Shown: piece by piece, positions 1 to 13,100 of the stretch
Layout: every line of letters starts with the position of its first letter
How positions within the stretch are numbered: the first letter of the stretch is position 1
Assembly (NCBI GenBank): GCA_021613535.1
Contig: CP075496.1
Location: 4,216,001 to 4,280,000 of the forward strand
Direction: 5' to 3'
Source: Adineta vaga
Lineage: Eukaryota; Animalia; Rotifera
Length of the DNA: 64,000 bases
Program-made: the position numbers and the translations under genes
Notes under the pieces: model-generated
Told to the model about the DNA's origin: nothing
What the model saw: only the letters and a program-made list of their open reading frames with translations
Database searches by the model: none

Positions 1-86
1 CCCTATCGTCAATTCAAATTTGTTTGTTCATTTATTTTCTAGATATGAGTTCTTTGATTTGTTTCTACAATTGATTCTTCTATAGA

Positions 87-3000
87 ATGAATCTCGTATC
101 GAAACCATCAGAAAATCAATTTAATTCTCGTGGTAATTATAGAATGATTAGTTTTTTTTCTTTATTATTTCTTTATTTTTAGGCCAAGATGTTCTTCAAA
201 TAGATAATAATTTTCCATCTTTTAAATTGTTTCCCGCACGTAGTGATTCAATAGATAACAGTAATAATCGTGCATCGCCATTAAACAATCCTATTGGTTT
301 AGCACCAAAAAATCCAAGTCCAACTGAGCCCGATGAACAAGAATTTCAACCAATAACAATATCACCCTTTCGTTTATTTGGTACTTCAACTACAACAGTA
401 TCACCAGCAAATCAAAATTCGCCGAAAACACCAACAAGTTCATTGAAAAAGTTTTCTTCAACAACCGATAAACCACGACGTAAACGAACACCTAAAATTG
501 ATGATAACAACGATGTACAAAAAGTAAAACGACGTAAAAGCGAAATGCATATGCAACATAAACAATTAACTTTAACGGAATTACAAACACCGATTATAAC
601 AGAAAAGAAAATTAATTTAAATCCCGAAACATTCGCTTCTAAAGTAAAATTTTTCATGTTTTTTTCTTCTGATCAAAACATTCTTTCTACTGATATCATG
701 TATTTTCTAGAATTCTTCAAACTATCGCGAAATCGGTTTTTCACCCGTTTCATCTGCTCAAAGTGATTCAGGTTCAAATTCTAATCATACATCTGAATCG
801 TCAACTAATCCTATGGCAAATTCCAAACAAATACAAGTAATTTCTTCAGATTAAATTGTTTCTCTTCGATATCTCTTTTTCAATTATTAGACTGATATAA
901 GTGGAGCAATAAATTCAACATCAAATGAACTCGAAGTCAAGAACAGTCAAATACAAACATTATCAAGAGTGAGAGAAAAAGAAAACATCGATACGGAAAG
1001 ATATTTTATAAACATACTTCATTTCCAATAGGAGCGTGAAGATTTAAGACGACAAATATCGGACACAAAGAAAGATCTGGATAAACAAACAAATATTCTA
1101 CAAAAATGTCTAGCTGTAAACAAAAAGTTACTTGTAGAAAAGGTATGATATGATCTGATTTGATTTCCAAATTAAACTTATCTGAATATAAAAGAATGAA
1201 TTGTTCAGTGAATTACATTGATTTTTTCGATACAATTTTCTAAACTGAATTTTTAAATTCTAGTCTACACTCGAACGTAAACAAGCACGACAAAAATGTA
1301 TGGAAAATCGTTTACGATTGGGACAATTTGTTACTCAACGACAAGGTGCAACATTTGTTGAAAATTGGACTGATGGAACAGCATTCACTGACATTACAAA
1401 GTATGTGTAGATATATTCAATGTAAAATTGAACTTACTTATTATTTTGAACAGACAACAAGAAATGCTTCAACGTGCTCGAGAAGAATTGGATCGAGAAC
1501 GACGGAATCTTCTACGCCGTCGACCGAATTGTGAAGTTAAAGAAAAAATCACCAAAACTACATATACCAGAGCAAAAAGTAAAGATCGTGGTAGTTCGTT
1601 TGCAACTCAAGATGAAAGTAGTAACGATGGAATGAAAACGACAATGGATGCAAATAAAGCGTAAGTTTTCTTCTCTAGAATATATATTTCAAGCGAATAA
1701 AATATTATTGTTTTGTTTTAGAATAATAATTAGCGATTGGTATGAATCAGATGAAATACTACGTTTACGACAGGCATCATTGAAAAAAGAAGAAGTTGAC
1801 CTTCAAATTGAATATGAAAAATTAGAACGAGAAAGAAACTTACATATCCGTGAATTAAAACGAATCTATAATGAAGATCATTCCAGGTAAAATTAAAACA
1901 AAACTTTGTTTATCTTCAAATTCTTAGAACTTATTTCTACAATCACATTTTTTGTTTTATATAGATTTCAAGATCATCCTATACTAAACGATCGATATTT
2001 ACTTCTAACTTTGATCGGCAAAGGCGGTTTTAGCGAAGTGCATAAGGTAAAATTCAAATGCGTACAAAAAAAAGACAACGAATCATTTTGCTTTGTTTTC
2101 TCTTATAGGCCTTCTGTTTGAAAGAACAACGTTATGTCGCCGTTAAAGTCCATCAACTAAATAAAGAGTGGAAAGAAGAAAAAAAAGCAAATTATATCAA
2201 GTAAAACTTAATTTATCTTCTTTCGTTTATGTATACCTGTTCTTTCTACTTCAGACATGCTTTACGTGAATGTGATATTCTTAAAACACTGGATCATCCT
2301 CGTATTGTTCGCCTATACGATGTTTTCGAAATCGATACAGATTCGTAAGAATAGAAACATATTTTATTCTATTGAAAAATAACCTTTTTCTTTGATTAGA
2401 TTTTGTACAGTTTTGGAATATATCGAAGGAAATGATATTGACTTTTTCTTAAAACAGCATAAAATCATTCCAGAAAAAGAAGCACGTTCTGTTGTCATGC
2501 AAACAGTCAGCGCATTACGTTATTTAAATAATGGTATCAAACCACCTGTGATCCATTTCGATCTTAAACCAGCAAATATCTTGCTGGGTTCTGGTACAAA
2601 TAGTGGAGAAATTAAAATCACTGATTTTGGTTTAAGTAAACAAATGTGTGAAGATACTTATGATCCTGAACATGGAATGGATTTAACGTCTCAAGGAGCT
2701 GGAACTTATTGGTTTGTAGAAATGATTATCATTTTTCGAATGTAAATTTTTTATTTGCCTTTTTTCTAGGTATCTACCACCTGAAGTATTCGTTCAAGGA
2801 CCAAATCCACCGAAGATATCATCTAAAGTTGATGTATGGAGTTTAGGTTGTATCTTTTTTCAATGTTTATATGGTCGAAAACCTTATGGTCATAATCAAT
2901 CTCAAGCTGCCATACTTGAAAATCAAACAATATTAAAAGCGAAAGAAGTAGAATTTCCAGCAAAACCACTTGTATCAGATGGCGCTAAGGTACGATTTCT

Positions 3001-3205
3001 CTTCTTTAGCAAAGGAAATTTTTCAATAAAATGAATTCTTTTTGTCTAGGCGTTTATTAAACGTTGTTTAACTTATAATGTTCGTGATCGACCTGATGTT
3101 AATCTGGTAGCTGATGATGAATATTTACGTTCTTATCCTAAACGTACAACAACAAATGCATCTGCTAGAATAGCACAATTAACGATGAATGATGGTTCAA
3201 ATTAA
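87..3205 (+). CDS. TLK: Tousled-like serine/threonine kinase, multi-exon; the true start may lie further upstream
   Basis: Spliced exons give a coiled coil ([27 protein letters not shown]; [23 protein letters not shown]) and a kinase domain ([53 protein letters not shown]). Stop TAA at 3203-3205. Confidence 0.93.
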
Positions 3206-3231
3206 TTAAGCAAGATACGAGAATAGTATCC

Positions 3232-3301
3232 TATATATATATATACTTATTTATTCAATAAGAAAATATGTTCTTTCGATATATATATATATATATATAT
3301 A
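3232..3301. repeat. (TA)n microsatellites in the TLK 3' region
   Basis: Two TA runs at about 3232-3244 and 3279-3301. Confidence 0.8.
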
Positions 3302-4049
3302 AATATACACATATATTTTTTCTTTCTTGATTATTTTTTTTAAAACACGCGTGCATGCGCTTTAAACAGAAAAAAAACAATTTGCGTGTGTTAATATTTC
3401 GTGAATTCATAAACATCGGCCGATTTGTCTCTTATAATCAGTTTTGTCATTGTTCTTAGAAACATTTTCTTTCTTTCTCTCTCTCCCTCTCTTTCTATAT
3501 ATATATATATATGTATCAATGTATGTATGTTTGTGTGCGGATGTAAATAGATGAGTAGATAATTTTTTCATTTCTTGTCTGAGACCGAAAAAGAAACTCA
3601 CACATGGAATTCTACCGCGTTTAAATCCTTTAACAAACAAATCTAAAAAAAAGGTTATACTGGTGCTGATGACAGAAGGTATAAAAACAGACAGAGCAAA
3701 GACATAGATTTTCTTTTTCGATTCTTTGTCCTTCATTGTCTTTTGTCTAGTCTTGACGATGAGTTTTTTTCTTGTTCAACAATATGCACACAATTGTCTT
3801 TGTTTCTTGCTTTCATCAGTCTTTGCTCTTTTCTTTCTCTTTGTATTGTACGCGTGCGTGTGTGTGTGTGTGTGTTTCATCTTGTCTAAATATGGACTCA
3901 ATTTATGCGTTCTTTTCTGTTTGAAAATAAAGAAAGCAGAAGAAAGATACATATTCTGTTTGATTTTTAATTGAGATGAAAAGTAAAGTTTTAGTTGAAT
4001 GGTTTAATCAGAATGAGCTATTTTGATTAAGTGGTTCGAATCTCGGTCA

Positions 4050-4130
4050 ATGCTGATATGATGTAAATATACTTAGTTATCCCTGTCTGAATGACATGAT
4101 GTTTCAACGGTTTAGAGAACTGATCAGCAT
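4050..4130 (+). ncRNA. SNORD1: Box C/D snoRNA, snR38/SNORD1-like 28S rRNA 2'-O-methylation guide
   Basis: Terminal stem ATGCTGA(4050-4056)/TCAGCAT(4124-4130); box C ATGATGT 4058-4064; guide AGTTATCCCTGT 4075-4086, complementary to the conserved LSU rRNA sequence ACAGGGAUAACU; D' CTGA 4087-4090; C' ATGATGT 4096-4102; D CTGA 4120-4123. Confidence 0.88.
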
Positions 4131-4246
4131 ATCGATCGAGATTTGATTATCAAAAAAAAATCGTTTTTAATTGACTAATTTTACCAGTTCAATAATTTTC
4201 GATGATTATTTATCTTTAGATTATTAATTTAAGAAACACTGCAATT

Positions 4247-5290
4247 ATGGATGAAATTTTTGCTCGTGCAAAAAGTATTCTTGTTATTTGGGCTGATGAT
4301 ACTGATCCAGAAAATTTGCCTGTCTTCCAAGATATATTACAAACCAAAGCTAAACAAGCACATATTGCTTTTGAAAATATTCAAATGCTTTTAGATTGTA
4401 AGTATTGAAAAAAATTATGAAAACTATATTAATTTAATTATTTCTTTGAATTTGAAAAAAAACCAGCTCGACGTGCAACATCGTCATTCGATATAATTCT
4501 TTTGGGTCTTGTTAGTAAACGCGATACACCAACTAATGTTGATTTACTCAATGAATTCTTTCGTTTACTTCGTCCAAATGGTCATCTTATAACACATATT
4601 GAACATACGAAACAATCTCAATCGATTGATCATTTCAAAATGTGTGGTTTTACAAGTTGTAATCCATTGGATACGAATTCATCGTTCTTAATCGAAAATA
4701 AAGATGATGATGTGAAAAAGCTGGGTTCATTATGGTTATGTCAAAAACCTTCATTTGATATTGGATATTCTGTTCCATTACGTAATCGAGCAGATAGTAA
4801 AGCTGCACAAGTTTCAGCAACAGTTGAAACGAAAAAAGCTTGGACTATGGATGACGATGATTTGATCGATACAGATGATTTATTAGATGAAAATGATCGA
4901 AAAAAACCTGATGTTAAAAGTAAGTTTATTTTCATCTCGTGATATTTGATTGACAGATTTCATTTTGTTTTGTTTTTCTCTAAATTAGATTATGATTGTG
5001 GAACAACATCAACTGGTGTTCGAAAAGCATGCAAAAATTGTACTTGTGGTTTAGCTCAAGAATTGGAACAAGAAGAACATGTAACAGCTAAAGAAGCAGT
5101 TAAATCATCATGCGGAAGTGTATGTCTTGCAAAACATATGAATAGAATTGAGAAAGGAAAATCAATCTCTCGCTCTTTACTTTAGTGTTATCTTGGTGAT
5201 GCTTTTCGATGTGCTGGTTGTCCAGCTCGTGGTTTACCACCCTTCAAACCTGGTGAACGTGTTACGGTACCAACAATGTCCGACGTTTGA
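4247..5290 (+). CDS. CIAPIN1: Anamorsin / Dre2 homolog (cytosolic Fe-S assembly), 4 exons
   Basis: N-terminal methyltransferase-like region (FFRLLRPNG), acidic linker ([14 protein letters not shown]), and Cys motifs DCG...[11 protein letters not shown] and [18 protein letters not shown]. Confidence 0.93.
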
Positions 5291-6043
5291 TTATCATAAT
5301 GAAACCGATTAAAATCATCATGTAATTTTCACACGTTTGATTTCCAACTATTTCTTCTTTAAACAACACTGACATATTTTCTTTTCTTGACAATGATCAT
5401 CCATCTTTTTTCTTTTTAATAATCAAGAAAAACAAAAAAAATATCTATTTGACACGATTGATTGACACAAACCTTGATAGTTTTATACTCATCATTCATC
5501 GCTGATGTATAATCGCACTTCTCATATGTCACCTTGCACTTAACACACAGCATATATCCATGTAAAAATATCAATTGGACAATTTTAAATACTCAATGTT
5601 GTTTTTCTATTTTGGATTCAAATATCAATATAAACGAATTTTCAAAATATGATTGAAGAAAACAAGAAAGTTTTATTTATGTGGGAAGATTTTCCGGACA
5701 TACACTAGATGAAAGTTATTGTCTATAGATTAAGTTTGAGCATGACTTGAATGTTTAATCATAGTGAAAGAAGAAACCAAAATAGGATTGAAGTCGGTAA
5801 TTTGATACAAGATAAAATCACCTTAATTGTTTTTCAGTACTACAGAGGGGAGGTTGATTTATTTTTTAAACCATGAAAAATATCAAAATCGAAAATAAAC
5901 ATATCTGAATAAAAGCTATTTTCTTATATTAAATCCAAGATCAGATTTCTACTGTTAATCAAGTGATAATAAAAATCACATGATTTTTCATTTGTTTTCT
6001 TTTTCAAATCAGTATTGGAATCTTAGCATTTTCAAGACTAGAG

Positions 6044-8371
6044 ATGAAAGTTTTGTTGTAAGTAAATGATATATTGCTATACACATATGTACGATATAAC
6101 AATGATTTCTTTGATCTAATTCAGTCTTTTATCCGTATTATTATGTTTGGCAGTGAATGAAGGTACTAGTGTGAAAGAAATTTTTATTCTTATTGTTTGG
6201 AATATTTGTTATGTAGGTTATGGAAAACGCGTTATGTGTTATTACACAAATTGGGCCGGTTATCGATCGGGTGATGGACGGTTTTCTGTGAAAGATATCG
6301 ATCCAAATTTATGTACACACATTATCTATTCATTTGCACGAGTGCAAGGCAATGGTTTGGCAATGACTGAAGGAAACGATCCAGGTTCGTTAATGAAATA
6401 ATATTTATATGAATCCATTTTTTCTTGCTTTTTTCTCTAAAAAGAAATGTATAAACAAATAATGGAATTAAAGAAAATCAATCCTGATTTGAAAATTATG
6501 TTGGCAGTTGGTGGTTGGAATCATGGTGCAGCACCATTTACACAAATGGTTTCTACAGAACAATCACGAGCAGAATTTGCAGAAAATTCTTATGATTTTC
6601 TTAAAAAATACGGATTTGATGGTCTTGATCTTGGTAATTACAAAACCTTTCCAAACATTGTTCTAATCTTCTATTGATTAGATTGGGAATATCCAGCTGA
6701 TCGTGGTAGTCCACCTGAAGATCGACAACGATTTACTCAATTAACTAAAGTATCTATAGACAATATATTGATACGAAAGAGAGAGAGAGAGAGAGTGCTC
6801 ATATTAAATTCAATATTTTTCTTTTTTATTAGCAATTAAGTGCAAAATACAAAGAAGAAGGTCTTCTCTTATCAGCTGCAACACCAGCTAGTCCTTCGCG
6901 TTATGATGCTAGTTATGAACCAGAAGTTTGCGAGTAAACAATTGATTTGCTCTAGAAATCTATCTGACGACAAGACTATTTTAGACATTTAGATTTTATT
7001 AACATGATGACATATGATTATGGTGGTCAATGGCAACGTCAAGCTGGACATAACAGTCCATTAACAGCACAAAAGCAAACTGTTCAACATATGCTACAAA
7101 AACCAGCATGTACAGCGGACAAATTAAATTTAGGCATGGGTGCCTACGGGTAAATTATTCATTAAAGATTAGTATTTTGTTTTGAAAAGAAAAAACGAAT
7201 TTTTGTCTTTATGTGTTTGAATAGACGAACTCATCAGTTAGCTAATCCATCTTCACATGAAATTGGTACGAAAAATGAAATGTTCTGTTTGAAATGTTTC
7301 CATTCTTTTTTTTATCTCAATTTAGGTTCTCCAACAGTTGGTAGTGGTGCTATTGCTGGACCAATTACAGGAGAAAGTGGTTTCATGAGTTATTATGAAG
7401 TATGTCAAAAATTGAAAGAAGGTTTGTTGTTAAAAACAAAAACAAAACATCTTTCGTATTACGATTTATTATTAGGATGGTCAAGAGAATGGTCAGATGA
7501 ACATAAAGTTCCATATGCTCATTCTGGTTCTCAATGGGTTGGTTATGATGATAGAGAAAGTATTGCTGCTAAAGTAAAATATTCATTGGTTCTATTGTTG
7601 TATAAGATTGAATAGAAATATCATTGTTGTTTCGATAGGCGGATTATGTGAATGAGATGAATTTAGGTGGTGCCATGTTTTGGGCAATGGATTTAGATGA
7701 TTTTCGTGGTAATAAATGTGATGAGGGAAAATTTCCATTGATTAATACAGCTAAAGATATTGTTAATGGAAAATCACCCTCAACAGGAGGACCAACAACC
7801 ACACGTACAACACCAACAACAACTCCAATACCTAAGGAACAATCGGATACTGCCGCAGCATATTGTCAAAACAGTAAATAAACACTTGAGATAATGAGTG
7901 TTTCATTAATTTATAATATTTATGTTAATTTTTATTTAGCATTAGAAAAACAAACATATGCAAATATTTCCACCGATTGTCAAAGTTATTACGAATGTTT
8001 AACAACACCAAGTGGCAAACAAATAACTGTCTCACGATCATGTCCTAAACCATTGATCTACTCGGAAGATAAAATGAAATGTGTTAAAGAAAAAGAATTA
8101 ACAGAACATTCAATCAAATGTTCTACGAAATGTATGTCAGAAGATCTTTTCGATTGTTTTATCTATTCATGTTTGTTTCTTAGTGAGTTTGACAGCTCCT
8201 TCATCAGCAGCAGCTAATTGTTGGGATCCATCAGCTTCCATACCTGATTCGCAATGTCGCTTCTTTACAGATTGTTCAACAAAACGTCGATATGAATGTC
8301 CACCGAATTCATCATTCGAACGCAATTTAAAACGATGTGTACCAAAGAAACATGTTCAATGTTGGTGGTAG
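6044..8371 (+). CDS. Secreted GH18 chitinase with a Thr/Pro linker and C-terminal Cys-rich chitin-binding (CBM14-like) modules
   Basis: Spliced signal peptide MKVLFLLSVLLCLAVNEG; RVMCYYTNW, IDPNLCTHIIYSFA, KIMLAVGGW, catalytic FDGLDLDWEYP (split by an intron), WVGYDD, GGAMFWAMDLDDF; Cys-rich tail. Confidence 0.92.
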
Positions 8372-8939
8372 TTTTTTCTTATGCAAAATTGATAATAAAC
8401 TATAAATCATAATAAATCATCCAAGAAAATCATTATAGAAAAATTTCGATTTCTTAAATTTGTGTTTCTCATTCAAATAAGATCAGAAGCGATAATAATT
8501 CTTAACTATAAAAATATTGACTATTTCCAAAAGAATTACTTTCCGAGTCACTATTCTTATGCAAGGATCATGCACTCATGAATGTTCATATTTCGTGTGT
8601 ATTGTTTTCTGTAGTTATCTAATTAAAACAAGAAACAACAAAGCATGAATCAATATACACTCTAATCGATGAATTGTTTCTCCTTTTTGATACTTAAGAT
8701 AAGTTTTTATTCGATAGCAAATAATATACGAATCAAAATCGACTCTATTCTTTCTTTTCTCTTCTTTTATTTTCTTCTTTCTCTTCGAAAAATTCTCTCA
8801 TCTGTCTGTTTGAGATCCTAACATTCATTCTACTATTATTAGTTCATTGACTTTTATACTCACAAACATACGAAAAAATTATTTCAATATAAACATTTAC
8901 TTTCTATTTTCATCTTAATTTACGATTAACATTATCAAT

Positions 8940-9660
8940 ATGTTAACTATTAGAAGAAAAGATTTGAATTCATCAATATTACCTATTTATTTACTCTTTA
9001 TTATTCTAATTACTAATCAATTTCCTTGTATTCATTCATTTGTTATCTTACAAAATGATCAAGCAGAGGTACTAAATTATATCTTTCTTTTTATAGTAAA
9101 AAAAACGATATCGTTTTCAAATGAATATAAAGATTAATATAAGATTATAAAAAGGAGAAGAAAATCGAGACATTGTCCTTGTCCTTCATCCTTGGAAATG
9201 ATATATATAGATTGGGAACATCTCTATTGTTATCCAATCAAGGTCAATAGAATGGACGGAAGAAAACAAAAAGAAAAAAGAAAATTGCGTATAATTTTGT
9301 TTTATAACGAAGCATAATACTATCGATTATTTAGAATCAATTTGAAAACATTCTACAAATTGCATTTCAACAATCGATGCTTCATGATTTGATGCACTTA
9401 GGTAAAATGTATATCGTTCCTTTCTCTCTCATCCTTATTATCATTTAATTTCAAGATGATCTACCATCAGATAATCCTGAATTTCAAAAATCATCACAAC
9501 GTAGGATTCTATTAAAAAACACTCTTTGAATATACTCAATTCGTGTGTTTTAGGGCGATTTTGCTGTATGAATCCACTGAGTGGTCGAAAGCGGTTCGTT
9601 CAAAATCCAGCACAACAACACTCCATTATTGGATGTATTGATTCAATAAATCGTTTGTAA
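8940..9660 (+). CDS. Small secreted prepropeptide (candidate neuropeptide precursor); exons 8940-9068, 9335-9401, 9456-9500, 9554-9660
   Basis: Four phase-compatible GT-AG exons give a hydrophobic signal peptide, an acidic spacer, then QRR-FCCMNPLS-G-RKR-FVQNPAQQHSIIGCIDSINRL*. Confidence 0.72.
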
Positions 9661-10133
9661 TTTGAACCTTATATTTTAACTGTATGTGCTAAGTGACAAA
9701 GAAAAACACACATACACGCACTTTTATTTACGATAAAATAAAAGAAATCAAACTAATTTGATTATTTTTGTTTCTTTTAACTCAAATATTTTCGTACAAG
9801 TTCAATCAAAATGATTGTATTCATTGTTGTCAATAACAATAGAGACTGAATAGAAGGGAAACGAATTCTTGTCAGTATTCTGAAGAAAAAATAAATAAAT
9901 AAAAAAATAGACATAACTTCAAAGATGAAAATAAACAAGCTATAGAAAAAGAAAAACATCACAGATCATCGTGCAAAAAAGAAAACCGGAATGCCACTGG
10001 AATATTTTATTATTATTTTTTGTCAGTCAGATCAAAATAAGATACGATTAAATTATTTTGATTGTATTTCTAAATAAAATCCAATTGATTTAGTCAAGTA
10101 AATATATTTCATACATACCGTAAATTTTCATTA

Positions 10134-13100
10134 TTAAAGTTTGGTTAATTCTATGAAAAAGAAATATAAATGAGTGTCTATTGAAAACGGCTCGTTCATT
10201 TTACTTACCAATAATATTCTTTTTTTTCCAATGAAATAATTTATAGAAAAAGCTTCGTTTTAAACAACTTTCTTCTACATCTGTACTATTTGTTTGTTCC
10301 ATTGTTTGATTTTCTTCTTGTATTTTTGCAAAATTAACAAAGACATCATCAAGTGTAACTTGTGTTACAGTATAATCTTCAATAACATTATGTAAATCTT
10401 CTCGTGCTTGCTCTAAAACACTAAACATTCGATGTAATGGAACAGTTGTTGACACACGAAAATGTATCATTCTATTATGTTCTTCTTTAACTGTTGCTTC
10501 GGAAATGTGTTCTTTTATATAATCAATAGCCTGTTTTGTATCACTATCGATATTTATTCGAATAAGAATTGTATAACCATCACCAAATCTATATTAAAAG
10601 AAAATAAGAATATTCAAAGGAAATAAATCCATTGAGTTGATTTTACTTCGCTTTTAAATGTTGTACACTGCCTAAACATTTGAATTCACCATTGACCATA
10701 ATTACTAGACCTAAACAAAAAACATGTTCTTAAGTTAAGAAGACATAGGAGTGAAATCATTTACGATTGCATAATGTTTCACATTCTTCCATTGAATGTG
10801 AAGTTATTACAACGGATTTATGATCTTTACGAGTTAATGTTAATATACAATTCCATAAGAATCTTTTTGCACGTACATCCATTCCTGTTGTTGGTTCCTA
10901 TATAATGATTTCAAAGAAATTCTTGGGACTATTTTCGTATCGTCATCAACTTACATCCATAAATATAATTGATGGATTACCAATTAATGATATCGCTGTA
11001 GATAGTTTACGTTTATTTCCACCGGAATATTGTTTTACTGGTCGATCTGCCCAGAGTGTAAGACCAAGTCGTTTTAATAAACATTCTGTAATCTGTAAAC
11101 AATAAAGATTCTCATTTGATAGGCATTCTTATTCATATATTTCACTTACAAATGCCATATTCTTTCGTTTAATACCACGTAAACGTGCATAGAGATAAAG
11201 ATGTTCTCTTGCTGTTAATAGCGAATCTAATGCATCAAACTGTGGACAGTAACTAAAAGAATTTTCAAAGAAAGATACATTCAATAATCGATTGATTTTA
11301 TTTTTAATTACCCTAAATTTTGATGGACTTTACTCAATTGTTTGATAACACTATAATTATTCACGAATGCATTGCCATCAGTCATGGAAATTTCTCCCGT
11401 TAACATTTTAAATGTTGTTGATTTTCCTGAACCATTGATACCTAATAAACCAAAGCATTCACCTTGTTTAATACCAACACATGTTCGTTTCACTGCTGTA
11501 AATTTCTTTCCAAATCTCCAACCATAAATCTATTCGAATTATAAAGAAAATGAATCTTTCAAGAATAAAATCTTCTTACTTTAACTAAATCAATCATTCG
11601 TAGAATATCTCCACTTGTATTATCACGATCAGAGTAGATTCGTTGTCGTTCAGTTGCAACATCATCATCTTCATCAACTGATTGTTTTAAATCTTTTGGT
11701 ATTCGAATACAACCACTAAATATTTGAAAATTTAAGGAAAGATTCAGACAAGAAGATTCAAATCTTACCGATCAGGAATAAAAAATCGATATTGAACAAG
11801 AATTGCAAAGAGAAAAAAGAGAACGCCTTCGATAAATAAAGCGAATAGATTACGTCCAACTGTATCAAAATCAAATGGTGATTTTGGCGTATAATTAGCA
11901 ACTAGAATAGAGGAATATTTCAATCGAATTTCATTTTTTTCAAATAGAACTAACTATATTTAGCACTGATGATGTTTGTTGCAGTATTTTACTCATATCG
12001 AATAGGCCACGTCCAAGACAATAATGTGGAAAGATTAAAAAGATTTTTGTTAGAACTTTGTTTACTCTTTGTAGATCCGGTTCATCTTCGAAACTTTCTA
12101 ATGTAATTGTTGAGATACTTGTCATCATACCAATAAATATATTTATACATGATACTAATACAAAACCTGTAGATGGAGTTTTAAATAAATAATTGATTGG
12201 ATACATTAATGGAATCGTTGCAAAACCATATAAAAATAATAGTAATACTAAACAGAGAAAGTTCATTTTGTATACGTAAGCTTCAACGCCGAAAGCAAGG
12301 AAGATAATAATGCAACAGGTAATTGATACACTATAATTTGTTAAATCCCAAATGAAATTTGCCCACCAATAAGTTAATCCTAAATGGAAAATGTTTGTTT
12401 TGGGAAAATAAGTTACAAGAAGATAGAAGTACCTTTAACTCCACTGACGAATTGTAAATGTTTTGATGTTGTAACACGTTCATCAATGAGAAATACAAGA
12501 AAACTTGCAGGAATAAAAGCTAATGCAAAGATCACACATATAGCTGTAAACATTTCCATAGCAATTCGATTTTGTAGTTCACTATCGATCTGAATACCAG
12601 TTTTTGGTAAAGGATGATTAATGGCAGTGATACCATAATCATCGAGTGATATTGAACTCAGTTTTTCCTGAAGAATACCACGTAATAAAGCATTATTGAA
12701 GATATTTAAAAAGGCGACTTGATGGCCATCCTTTATTATTATACCAAATCTAAAATTGAAAAATAAGATAAATCCTATTCAAAGATGATATATTCACCGA
12801 AGCTTGTGGTGGATATATTCGAAACAGAGGAGCTAATTTAGTTGCATCGATTGTACTATCTGTTCTATTTATTAAATTATTCATTTGTTCAATAAGTGTT
12901 TCATTGAAAAGATCATAACTTATTGAACCATCGCGTGATAAGAATTCAAAGCCACCAAAACGTTTCATTAAATATTCTTCACGATATTCTGTTTTAATAA
13001 TCCTAAATCGAAACAAAATTTATCAATATATATATCTTAAAATCATCTTTTTTTTCGTATACAAACCAATCACTTATATTATAATCAGATAATTGATATA

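Noticed and set aside
3407-3974. Hydrophobic or low-complexity ORFs downstream of TLK
   Set aside because: They arise from microsatellite and T-rich 3'UTR sequence and show no coding signature.
6044-8371. Chitinase as a horizontally acquired gene
   Set aside because: It is intron-rich with typical animal GH18 motifs and CBM14-like modules.
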